Shown here: positions 9,628-17,538 of the stretch, piece after piece
Layout: each line of letters opens with the position of its first letter
Numbering within the stretch: position 1 is the first letter of the stretch
Origin: a virus
Virus record (IMG/VR): IMGVR_UViG_3300045988_104111
Location: 1 to 64,000 of that record
DNA length: 64,000 bases
Direction: 5' to 3' (one strand)
Made by a program: the position numbers and the translations under genes
Notes under the pieces: generated by a model
What the model saw: the letters and a program-made list of their open reading frames with translations, nothing else
Databases searched by the model: none
Told to the model about the DNA's origin: nothing

Positions 9628-9945
9628 TTGGCTACAACATTCCCAGATCAAATACAAGAGTTTGATGAAAAAATGAACATAGACCCAACCACGGACACTG
9701 TATATCTAAAAGCATATCAAGATGCTGTTTTAGCACAAGATATTGTTGCGATGCGTGCCGCTTTATCGCAAATTCCAATGATAGAAAAAAAGTTGATCAC
9801 ATCTGAAGATTTTAACGTATTGACTGACACTTGCTATGCATTGCAACGATTTTTTCTTGCAAAATATAGTCCAGCATATATCGTAAGTGAAACTCAACCC
9901 ATCACTCAGGCGAAGGGCGATTTTTGGATTAGAATAGATAAGTAA
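9628..9945 (+). CDS. hypothetical structural-module protein
   Basis: TTG start after GAGGTG; co-oriented packing. Confidence 0.5.
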   Translation: MATTFPDQIQEFDEKMNIDPTTDTVYLKAYQDAVLAQDIVAMRAALSQIPMIEKKLITSEDFNVLTDTCYALQRFFLAKYSPAYIVSETQPITQAKGDFWIRIDK

Positions 9946-9958
9946 GGCGGTGTGAACA

Positions 9959-10258
9959 ATGAGTTTTACTTATTTTAAAAGAGAGGATATTCATTATTCA
10001 CAAAAAATATTTTGGAAAGATTTTTACAATTTTTGTTTTAACGGAAATTATCAAGCCGCATTAAACTATTATCTTGAAAACGCAGAAACAATAGCCAATG
10101 CGACGTATAATGAAACAGTATATAATATGTCAGCAGAAAATTTGACATATTTACAGAATCTAAAAGATGATACTTTCAAGAGCGATAAAATAAAGGTATC
10201 AAAAACTCCGCCAGCACAAATGACGAAGGGACAGATTTATTTTAAAGAGGAGGAATAA
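9959..10258 (+). CDS. hypothetical structural-module protein
   Basis: 99-aa ORF, co-oriented packing. Confidence 0.5.
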   Translation: MSFTYFKREDIHYSQKIFWKDFYNFCFNGNYQAALNYYLENAETIANATYNETVYNMSAENLTYLQNLKDDTFKSDKIKVSKTPPAQMTKGQIYFKEEE

Positions 10259-10261
10259 TAA

Positions 10262-10930
10262 TTGGGAACCAGTAAAAATGTAACGTGGCAAGAATATAAC
10301 GGGACGGATTATGATGTTCTATTGCCACAACCATCTGTTGCTACCGCTGATAGAGTTGGCGGTATTATTGCTGACCCGGCTGAGGTGCAACCTCAATTTG
10401 AAAGGGAGTTTGAATGCAAGATTAGTCAAAGAACAAAAAAACTGCTTATGCCGGCATCCATCAACCCCAACACAATAGGCGCACCTGTTCCAATTACAAA
10501 AGGTGGTACAGACGCAGATAATGCAAAGCAAGCACTAATAAATTTGGGCGTTAAAGATTATGTAATTGGATTAGACGTGCTTGGCAATCGTGAAGTTGTT
10601 ACATACAAAAGCGGACGTAAGGTGTTGACTGAAAGACGTTTCAATTCAAGTAGTATCAATATACAAACACCAACCGATGATAGAAAATGGTATAAATCAC
10701 CTATCAATGCATTTACTCCTTCTGCTTCATCAATTGGCAATATGAACACATGGAAGTATTGGAATTTACAAGTTGTTCCAGTTGGTTCTAAGGACGTTCT
10801 GCCAATGTTTGTCAATATTCAAACTGGTTATGACCCAACGTCCAATTCAATCCCATGGAGATTGTTTTCAACTAGTAGTTTGATCTTTAATGCGAATCAG
10901 TTGCTATTTCTTTTGACGGTTATAGTATAA
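10262..10930 (+). CDS. hypothetical structural-module protein
   Basis: TTG start after GAGGAGGAA; 222 aa. Confidence 0.5.
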   Translation: MGTSKNVTWQEYNGTDYDVLLPQPSVATADRVGGIIADPAEVQPQFEREFECKISQRTKKLLMPASINPNTIGAPVPITKGGTDADNAKQALINLGVKDYVIGLDVLGNREVVTYKSGRKVLTERRFNSSSINIQTPTDDRKWYKSPINAFTPSASSIGNMNTWKYWNLQVVPVGSKDVLPMFVNIQTGYDPTSNSIPWRLFSTSSLIFNANQLLFLLTVIV

Positions 10931-11026
10931 TAGGGGGGAGTGATAAAAATGCAAAAAACATACAACTTTGAATTTTACAACAACAAGCCATGGTGATATT
11001 ACACGATCAAACAATGTATTTACATA

Positions 11027-11374
11027 ATGCCAGTAGCATCAGAAACTGAAATGGTAAATTTGCTTAAGAAATACGCGCCGGTTTATGCTGGTGGTACAGC
11101 GATGGGTAGGGAAGATATCCTCAATCTATATACAAAACCGTATGGATTTAAGTGTGTTGAAAAATCTTCATTATCAGATGGGTGTAACAGTAAAATTACA
11201 ATCCTTATTGGGAAAAATCTATTTGGAAGTGCCACAGACATTGGAAATGATGCGGTTAAGAAAACTGGCATGTGTGGTTTAAATCTCAATATTATAAATT
11301 TTTCTACTGATTATACATTTTATGAATACGGAGAAGATGTAACTTATAGAAATAGTTACACAAGAACAGAGTAA
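11027..11374 (+). CDS. hypothetical protein; probably begins at ATG 10949 with an in-frame TGA at 10994
   Basis: No SD before 11027. A strong GGGGGGAG SD precedes ATG 10949, which is in the same frame and separated only by TGA 10994-10996. Confidence 0.5.
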   Translation: MPVASETEMVNLLKKYAPVYAGGTAMGREDILNLYTKPYGFKCVEKSSLSDGCNSKITILIGKNLFGSATDIGNDAVKKTGMCGLNLNIINFSTDYTFYEYGEDVTYRNSYTRTE

Positions 11375-11389
11375 AAGAAAGGATATAAC

Positions 11390-11491
11390 ATGATAACATT
11401 ATATCGCCCAGCAGGATATGATAATCCAAGAGCGCCCGAATTTACAGGGCGCTCTATTGATACTAAACCAAGTAATGATGAATATAATTAA
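11390..11491 (+). CDS. possible 33-aa ORF
   Basis: ATG after AAGAAAGGA. Contains the 8-bp hairpin gagcgccc/gggcgctc. Confidence 0.25.
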   Translation: MITLYRPAGYDNPRAPEFTGRSIDTKPSNDEYN

Positions 11492-11514
11492 ATAAATGAA
11501 AGGAGTTGGTAGAG

Positions 11515-12216
11515 GTGAATATAACATTAACTGGTACTAAAGTATCTCTTGATACACATACCCTTGCGTTTGCAAAGAATAATCTTGTTAATAAAATTAT
11601 ATGCACTGTAGACACCGATGAGTCATGGACTTATAGAATTGACGTCCTATACTCATCAACAGATTGCTCCGAAAATCCGTTATATAATATTATCAATTTA
11701 AATAGAACTGGCAATGTATGTTCGGCATTGCTCACTATTGCTATGTTGCCATTTAGCGGCAAATATACTATGCAGTTACGTGGTATAAAAGACCAACAGA
11801 TATATCATAGCGATATTTTTGAGGTATGGGTCAAATATAGTATTGACCCAAGCAATGTATATGACCCAGTTCCTAGTGAATTTTATCAAATTGAAGATAA
11901 TATTATTGAGATAAACAACCATCCTCCTTATCCTGATATTAGCGGGTTCTGGATGATATGGAATCCAACTACACACAAATATGAGCTTAGTGCAATTCCA
12001 GTTCCTACTGAAGCCGGTGGAGACAAGACATATGTTCACAAACAGGTCATTGCCTCTAACACATGGGAAATTGCGCATAATTTATATAAATATCCATCTG
12101 TGTCTGTTGTAGATACGGGCGGCAATGTTGTGGTTGGTGATGTGGAATATACCAGTTTGAATACATTGGTAATAAAATTTACTGCTCCATTCAGTGGAAC
12201 GGCATATCTCAATTGA
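11515..12216 (+). CDS. fibre/baseplate-associated beta-sandwich protein
   Basis: GTG at 11515, 9 nt after AAGGAG (the track TTG 11506 abuts the SD). The C-terminal ...VVDTGGNVVVGDVEYTSLNTLVIKF... is typical of phage Ig-like ends. Confidence 0.55.
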   Translation: MNITLTGTKVSLDTHTLAFAKNNLVNKIICTVDTDESWTYRIDVLYSSTDCSENPLYNIINLNRTGNVCSALLTIAMLPFSGKYTMQLRGIKDQQIYHSDIFEVWVKYSIDPSNVYDPVPSEFYQIEDNIIEINNHPPYPDISGFWMIWNPTTHKYELSAIPVPTEAGGDKTYVHKQVIASNTWEIAHNLYKYPSVSVVDTGGNVVVGDVEYTSLNTLVIKFTAPFSGTAYLN

Positions 12217-12220
12217 TATT

Positions 12221-13210
12221 ATGATTGGAATATATTGTGCAAAAAATATTGTAAATGAGAAGGTTTATATTGGTAAGAGCGTAAATGTAGAAAAAAGATG
12301 GAAAGATCATAAAAAAGGATATAACAATCCTAACGCATCTCAATATGCATCGTATTTTTATAACGCATTAAGAAAATATGGGTTTGATTCATTTGAATTT
12401 TCCGCGTTAGAAGAATGTACAGAAGATAAATTAAATGACAGAGAAATATTTTGGATAAATAAGTTTCAGTCTAATAATCGTGAGCATGGTTACAACACAA
12501 CTAATGGCGGAGATGGTGTATCAGGTGATTTCAAATCAGATGGTACAGTTCCAATGAGCGGCAACCTGTATATGAATGGCAATAATATTATGGGCGTTAA
12601 ATCCATTAGCAATACAGATAGCGGCATGGCGATTGAATCAGAGGTTAGTTTGAATAATCATAAAATCACTGACTTGCTTAATCCAACAGCTGACCAAGAT
12701 GCGGCAACCAAGGCATATGTAGATGAACACAGCCTACTTGGTGATGATGGAAAGATTGATAGCGACCTAAATATGAATGAGCATGGTATTGTCAATGCTC
12801 ATAGAATCAGTACAGACGGCCCAGCTCCATTATATATTGGTTCTACTATTGAGCCAACCGGCACAAATGCGCCTAGATTGACTGGCTCAAATGATGGTAC
12901 AGCGGCATTTGTTAAGGCTGATACACAGGCTACTTATGTACCTGTTAGCGTAGGTGCGCCAACATCAACAAATCATGCTACTACTAAAGAATATGTAGAT
13001 GGTAAGACAGGTGCAATTCAAGCTAGTGCAATCCTTAAATCAGGTGGCACTATGGTAGGCAAGCTCAAGCTAACGGCTGAAGCAACTGAAGATAATGACG
13101 CAGTTGATAAGGCATATGTTGATGCTATTCTACCAGCATTTACAGCTGCTGATAATGACAAGGTTCTAGGCATTGTAAATGGTGCATTAGCATGGGTAGC
13201 TAAAGCATAA
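12221..13210 (+). CDS. GIY-YIG nuclease domain fused in frame to tail-fibre repeats
   Basis: GIY-YIG motifs: GIYCAKNIVNEKVYIGKS...R..H...E..WI...GYNTTNGG. These run straight into fibre motifs: PMSGNLYMNGNNI, DAATKAYVD, HATTKEYVD, GGTMVGKLKL, DAVDKAYVD. Confidence 0.7.
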   Translation: MIGIYCAKNIVNEKVYIGKSVNVEKRWKDHKKGYNNPNASQYASYFYNALRKYGFDSFEFSALEECTEDKLNDREIFWINKFQSNNREHGYNTTNGGDGVSGDFKSDGTVPMSGNLYMNGNNIMGVKSISNTDSGMAIESEVSLNNHKITDLLNPTADQDAATKAYVDEHSLLGDDGKIDSDLNMNEHGIVNAHRISTDGPAPLYIGSTIEPTGTNAPRLTGSNDGTAAFVKADTQATYVPVSVGAPTSTNHATTKEYVDGKTGAIQASAILKSGGTMVGKLKLTAEATEDNDAVDKAYVDAILPAFTAADNDKVLGIVNGALAWVAKA

Positions 13211-13226
13211 TTATAGAGAGGGATGA

Positions 13227-13760
13227 TTGAATATGGCTAATTGGTGCGGAGGAATCCGACTAGATAAGAATACACTCAAGATTATTAACGGTGTGATTTG
13301 TGATGCAAATGCAACAACTGTTGATAGAAGTAAAGCAGTATCTACTTGCGGTCAGCTCTGGGATGGCGCATTATTTACCGTGGCTAAAATTGGTGGCGCT
13401 GGTTATATCACTTTGCGCAGTTCTGAAGGTGAAGAAATTGGTGCGCCTATTATGGGTCGTGGTAATTGCGGCGTTGGTCTTGATGGGCGCTTTTTCAAGA
13501 TTGTAAAGGACGCAGTTACTCTACAAGAGGGCTTCCTACTTACTGTTGATGTGACGCCAAAGGACGCTCTTATCACCGTGACTGATGCTGATGGTACAGA
13601 GGTTGACCCAGTTAGTGGTAATACTAAGCAATTCTTACTAAGTGGTATTGGCGACACATATACTGTCACAGCTACTAAAGCAGGATATACTACTGAGGCT
13701 AAACAGGTCAAGAACACAGGCGATCAGACACTAAAAATTGTGATGAAAGCATCTGCTTAA
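13227..13760 (+). CDS. fibre-associated protein with a C-terminal Ig/PEGA-like domain
   Basis: 177-aa ORF. The C-terminal TVDVTPKDALITVTD...YTVTATKAGYTT pattern is Ig/PEGA-like. Confidence 0.5.
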   Translation: MNMANWCGGIRLDKNTLKIINGVICDANATTVDRSKAVSTCGQLWDGALFTVAKIGGAGYITLRSSEGEEIGAPIMGRGNCGVGLDGRFFKIVKDAVTLQEGFLLTVDVTPKDALITVTDADGTEVDPVSGNTKQFLLSGIGDTYTVTATKAGYTTEAKQVKNTGDQTLKIVMKASA

Positions 13761-13771
13761 TATAAATTTAT

Positions 13772-13819
13772 GGGGAACATTGGATAGATTATTATGTCTA
13801 CCATGTTCCCCATTTTTTT
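13772..13819 (+). terminator. rho-independent terminator at the convergence of the late (+) and early (-) modules
   Basis: ggggaacat (13772-13780) pairs with atgttcccc (13803-13811), followed by attttttt. Confidence 0.7.
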
Positions 13820-14012
13820 ACTCGTTATCGTTTATAGCCGCAAAATATCCTTCGTCGTAATTTTCTAACGCCATATATAAAAGATTCATAAATGCCTCAC
13901 ACATCGCTTTAGAGCTTCCAGAAAAGACGCTAATTGTTTCATCTGGTTCTTCTGGATAATATAGCTCTACACGGTATCTGCTACCATTGATACATAGTCG
14001 TGGTAGAATCAT
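13818..14012 (-). CDS. hypothetical protein
   Basis: 64-aa ORF at the end of the minus-strand operon. Confidence 0.45.
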   Translation of the reverse strand: MILPRLCINGSRYRVELYYPEEPDETISVFSGSSKAMCEAFMNLLYMALENYDEGYFAAINDNE

Positions 14013-14014
14013 GG

Positions 14015-14494
14015 TTAAGCACCTGTACTTCCAAATCCACCTCTATCCACATCATTCAACTTATCAACCTCTGTAAATGTTGGCGTTTCCATTTTTTTTA
14101 CAAGTCTAAATTGACAAATTCTATCACCAGGATTGATTTTTGTATTTCTTGTAAAATAGCATGGCATTTTCCAAATATCATTCGTACCAGAATACGAATT
14201 ATCTATAACGCCAACAGAATTTGTTTGAATGATACCCCAATTTTTAAAAGTTGACGATCTTGGAGCAACATGTGCTTCGTAACCATCTGGTAGTTTCATA
14301 GATACACCTAAATCAACTAAGGCAAAATCACCAGCCATAAAATACCCGCCAACGCTAGCTCTTAGATCAATCCAGTCGCCAATATCGACACTTTTTAATT
14401 TTGGCATATTTTTATCATGATATACAATTTCAATATCTAACATTCTATCAACCACCATTTCTTCCACATGGGTGAAACTCAGTACATAAGCCAC
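14015..14494 (-). CDS. dut: dUTPase (true start probably the internal Met near 14458/14443)
   Basis: Motifs GVIDNSYSG and C-terminal DRGGFGSTG. Confidence 0.85.
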   Translation of the reverse strand: MAYVLSFTHVEEMVVDRMLDIEIVYHDKNMPKLKSVDIGDWIDLRASVGGYFMAGDFALVDLGVSMKLPDGYEAHVAPRSSTFKNWGIIQTNSVGVIDNSYSGTNDIWKMPCYFTRNTKINPGDRICQFRLVKKMETPTFTEVDKLNDVDRGGFGSTGA

Positions 14495-14996
14495 CTCTAT
14501 ATTCGCATAGCGGCACTAGATAATCCTTGAACTCAGGATTAGTCTTAACCACCTCATCAACAATCTGTTGCATGACTGCTCGTGTTTCAGGTGACGCTTG
14601 ATTGCATAGGCGCTTATGAGCCATATATACAAGCTGCTGGGCGTTGATTGACATAACATGGCTTACTAGCTCATCTTGTGGTGCTTTGTTGCGGTCATAC
14701 TTGTCTTGCCTATCATTGCGTTGAGATTGAACGTAATGATTGCACCCTACATGATGACGAACGAAGTGCACACTAATCCAGTAAGGGATAACCATATGAA
14801 TACCAAACCACAACTCTCTAAGAGGGCTATGCTCGGCCCCGATTAGTTTGCGTTTCCATTCGTCATTGGGTACATTCATTATTTGCTTGCCGATAGTGTT
14901 CATAGTACAATACTTGCACCATGCCCAATCTTCATCTGTTGGATGTTTCTTTATTTCTACATAAATATGGCTCAAATAATCAATCCTCCTTATCAC
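14448..14996 (-). CDS. thyX: ThyX-like flavin-dependent thymidylate synthase (divergent, short)
   Basis: EHSPLRE...VHFVRHHVGCNHYVQSQR resembles the ThyX RHR..S..S.R signature. Adjacent to dUTPase. Confidence 0.5.
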   Translation of the reverse strand: MIRRIDYLSHIYVEIKKHPTDEDWAWCKYCTMNTIGKQIMNVPNDEWKRKLIGAEHSPLRELWFGIHMVIPYWISVHFVRHHVGCNHYVQSQRNDRQDKYDRNKAPQDELVSHVMSINAQQLVYMAHKRLCNQASPETRAVMQQIVDEVVKTNPEFKDYLVPLCEYRGGLCTEFHPCGRNGG

Positions 14997-15234
14997 ATTC
15001 AGCCATCACATCATCTGTAATATCATGGCATTCAATATCTACAATATATAGCTCATCGCCTTCACAATGATCTGGCGAATATGTCACCATATCTACTTCT
15101 ACACAAGTATTATCATCAATCCATACGCGTTCACCAATTCTGGGGATAATCATAAGCGCGACATCAGTATATGTCCATGTATGTCCTTCACAACTTTCAT
15201 TACCATCTACAAAATATCTTAGTAGAAATTCCAT
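14980..15234 (-). CDS. hypothetical protein
   Basis: 84-aa acidic ORF, co-oriented packing. Confidence 0.45.
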   Translation of the reverse strand: MEFLLRYFVDGNESCEGHTWTYTDVALMIIPRIGERVWIDDNTCVEVDMVTYSPDHCEGDELYIVDIECHDITDDVMAECDKED

Positions 15235-15238
15235 TCAT

Positions 15239-15463
15239 TCAGTCCTCCCAATTGTATAATTTACAAAAATATGACACGGCATCCTTTTCAATGTATCTTT
15301 GCTTTACGACATAAACATCTTGCATTTCAATGGGAACGTCTAGCGGCAACGATACCATATCTCCAATATTTGGATATGCGATAAAATCTTCTTCTGAACA
15401 CGAGCATATTAGTTGTTCGTTCCCTAACATATCATCGTAAAATCTAATCGTGTTCATGGTCAA
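15239..15463 (-). CDS. hypothetical protein
   Basis: 74-aa ORF. Confidence 0.45.
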   Translation of the reverse strand: MTMNTIRFYDDMLGNEQLICSCSEEDFIAYPNIGDMVSLPLDVPIEMQDVYVVKQRYIEKDAVSYFCKLYNWED

Positions 15464-15747
15464 TCTCCTGTATTGTTTCCAAAATCAATATCGCAATCAT
15501 GGCAAGCATATCCAACACAATCAAATACAACATCGCCATATCTCTCTTTGTAGTGATATGAATCTAACTTTTTGCCGCACTTCCTACAGCAGTATCTACG
15601 GTCAAGCTCTCGATCTAGGATGTAAACATCGTCCAATGGAAAATATCTTTTCATATATGCAAGACATCTACCCAATGTTTCTTCATCGCCAAATTTGTTA
15701 TAATACGATGTTAAGGCATCAATAATTTCATAAATCATATTATACAA
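15460..15747 (-). CDS. hypothetical Cys-rich protein
   Basis: 95 aa with CCRKCGKK...CHDC zinc-ribbon-like pairs. Confidence 0.45.
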   Translation of the reverse strand: MYNMIYEIIDALTSYYNKFGDEETLGRCLAYMKRYFPLDDVYILDRELDRRYCCRKCGKKLDSYHYKERYGDVVFDCVGYACHDCDIDFGNNTGD

Positions 15748-15985
15748 ATCTCAGCCCCTTTCTTTTCATCAAGTAGCAATATCTGCCGCAGTCAATTAGA
15801 TAAATCGTTTCGCCAGACTTGTTTTTATGCCATTCAATAACTTTCCCGTATTGACAATGACGGGGCTTATTGTTCCAGTGGAACTTAGATGCGTAATAAA
15901 TGTCGATGTTGTTATCTTCAAACCAGTCTAGATCACCCTGCCACCAGAAGTTTTCTTCGACAATGATTGCGTTTCTTTTGTTCAT
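15740..15985 (-). CDS. hypothetical protein
   Basis: 81-aa ORF with a GGGAGGGTG SD. Confidence 0.45.
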   Translation of the reverse strand: MNKRNAIIVEENFWWQGDLDWFEDNNIDIYYASKFHWNNKPRHCQYGKVIEWHKNKSGETIYLIDCGRYCYLMKRKGLRFV

Positions 15986-16000
15986 TTGTTAGCACCCTCC

Positions 16001-16246
16001 CTATCTAAACAACATATTCTGCCATTGTTCTGACACAATTTCGATGTACTCTTTAACCGCATCGTTTACATCCACCATATTATTGTATTTTTCTATAAGA
16101 TTGTTGTTAGACCATCTATAAACCCATTTGTACTTATTGGACATGAATACAATCGAGTTATTGTAGATTGTTATGTTTCCATTCAGTTTTTGTTGAACAG
16201 AGTCTAAGAATATCTTCAGGTATTTTCTATATTCCATATCGTTCAC
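16001..16246 (-). CDS. hypothetical protein
   Basis: 81-aa ORF. Confidence 0.45.
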   Translation of the reverse strand: MNDMEYRKYLKIFLDSVQQKLNGNITIYNNSIVFMSNKYKWVYRWSNNNLIEKYNNMVDVNDAVKEYIEIVSEQWQNMLFR

Positions 16247-17280
16247 CCGGCATATAAAGATTTATACTTACGAATATGTTTTACCAATTTTTTGATATCT
16301 CGCTTTGTCGTTGTATTAGAGAATGAGACTCGAATCACGTTTGACGCATATTCTAATGGAATGTTACAAGCGGCTAGCACTCTGTAGTCTTTGTCGTCTG
16401 CACACGCGCTATGGCCTACAGACACATAGATTTTTTTCGACGCCAAGTAGGATTGTAAAGAATCTGCGCTGATATCAAACAGCAAGATAGAATTGATGGC
16501 GTTTGTTTTCTTATGCTGAGAATCTACAACATATGAGGTTAATGAATTTTTATAAAGCTGCTTTTGCAAAAACCTGGACAAATCATCAAAATGCAATTCG
16601 TTTAAGTTATCTATTGCTTTACTCAACGCATTTGTTAATTGCTCAATTCCGTTTAAATCTTTTGTACCACCTAAAGAAAATTCATATAGGCACTTGCTTA
16701 AAGCGTTGGATAACCAAACAAATCCAATTCCAGGATTAGCTCCAAATTTATGTCCAGATGCGAACACCATATCACAACAACTTGAAATATCCTCTGGAAT
16801 TTTATTGTGTCCAATGGCAGCTGTAAGATCGCAACAACAAAACGCGCCATATTCTTTACAAATATTTCCGATGGCTTCTACATCGTATATGCGCCCTGTA
16901 ATGTTGTTTGTTAGCATCTGATAAACAAAGATTTTATCATACCAACTTTTTTCTTCCAATTTATCTAACTGAACACATAAATCTGATTCATTGTTAAATG
17001 TTGAATGAGACACGTTTACAATGGATTCGTGTTCAAAGCAACTAGCCAAATTTGTGTATCGCAAGAAGCGCATTCTATAGTTTAGTTGTTCCAACAACGT
17101 GGAAACATCATGACAAAATAAAAATTTTCCATCATGCAAATTCAATTTGTTGCGGATCGTATTTTCAAAATCTTGTAATGCTACTGACTCGTTTTTAGCA
17201 TATTGTTGATTTGCATTCAGCATCCACTTGTTTTTTCTTTTAATTTCAGGACAGGTAGAAGCGTAATCCAAATATACCAT
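16243..17280 (-). CDS. class V aminotransferase / NifS-IscS-like cysteine desulfurase
   Basis: N-terminal VYLDYASTCP and the PLP-lysine block ASGHKFGANPGIGFVW. Confidence 0.6.
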   Translation of the reverse strand: MVYLDYASTCPEIKRKNKWMLNANQQYAKNESVALQDFENTIRNKLNLHDGKFLFCHDVSTLLEQLNYRMRFLRYTNLASCFEHESIVNVSHSTFNNESDLCVQLDKLEEKSWYDKIFVYQMLTNNITGRIYDVEAIGNICKEYGAFCCCDLTAAIGHNKIPEDISSCCDMVFASGHKFGANPGIGFVWLSNALSKCLYEFSLGGTKDLNGIEQLTNALSKAIDNLNELHFDDLSRFLQKQLYKNSLTSYVVDSQHKKTNAINSILLFDISADSLQSYLASKKIYVSVGHSACADDKDYRVLAACNIPLEYASNVIRVSFSNTTTKRDIKKLVKHIRKYKSLYAG

Positions 17281-17298
17281 TTCTTCACCCTCTTTCTT

Positions 17299-17460
17299 TT
17301 AGCCAATTACTTTATAATATTTTTTATCAAACACTCTACATGTCAACCCATAAAATTCTTTAGGGAACAGCACCTTGTACACAGGAAATCCGTCACTAAT
17401 TTTTGTGATATATCCGACTACGCCCGAAGTAGATTCAATGTATCTTCCTTTTCTAAACAT
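17299..17460 (-). CDS. 53-aa hypothetical protein
   Basis: ATG at 17460 after GGAGG; directly downstream of promoter 17494-17522. Confidence 0.45.
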   Translation of the reverse strand: MFRKGRYIESTSGVVGYITKISDGFPVYKVLFPKEFYGLTCRVFDKKYYKVIG

Positions 17461-17493
17461 CCTTGACAACCTCCGTTGATTTATTGTATCTAT

Positions 17494-17522
17494 ATAGTAT
17501 CATATAAAACAGAGGTTGTCAA
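17494..17522 (-). promoter_or_regulatory. sigma-A/sigma-70 type promoter
   Basis: Minus strand reads TTGACA-17 nt-TACTAT. Confidence 0.6.
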
Positions 17523-17538
17523 GGATTATTTTTTTTAT

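Noticed and set aside
17461-17491. Plus-strand promoter from the TTGACA created by the left arm of the 13-bp inverted repeat.
   Set aside because: There is no -10-like hexamer at 16-18 nt spacing on the plus strand (GTATCT), and no plus-strand gene follows.
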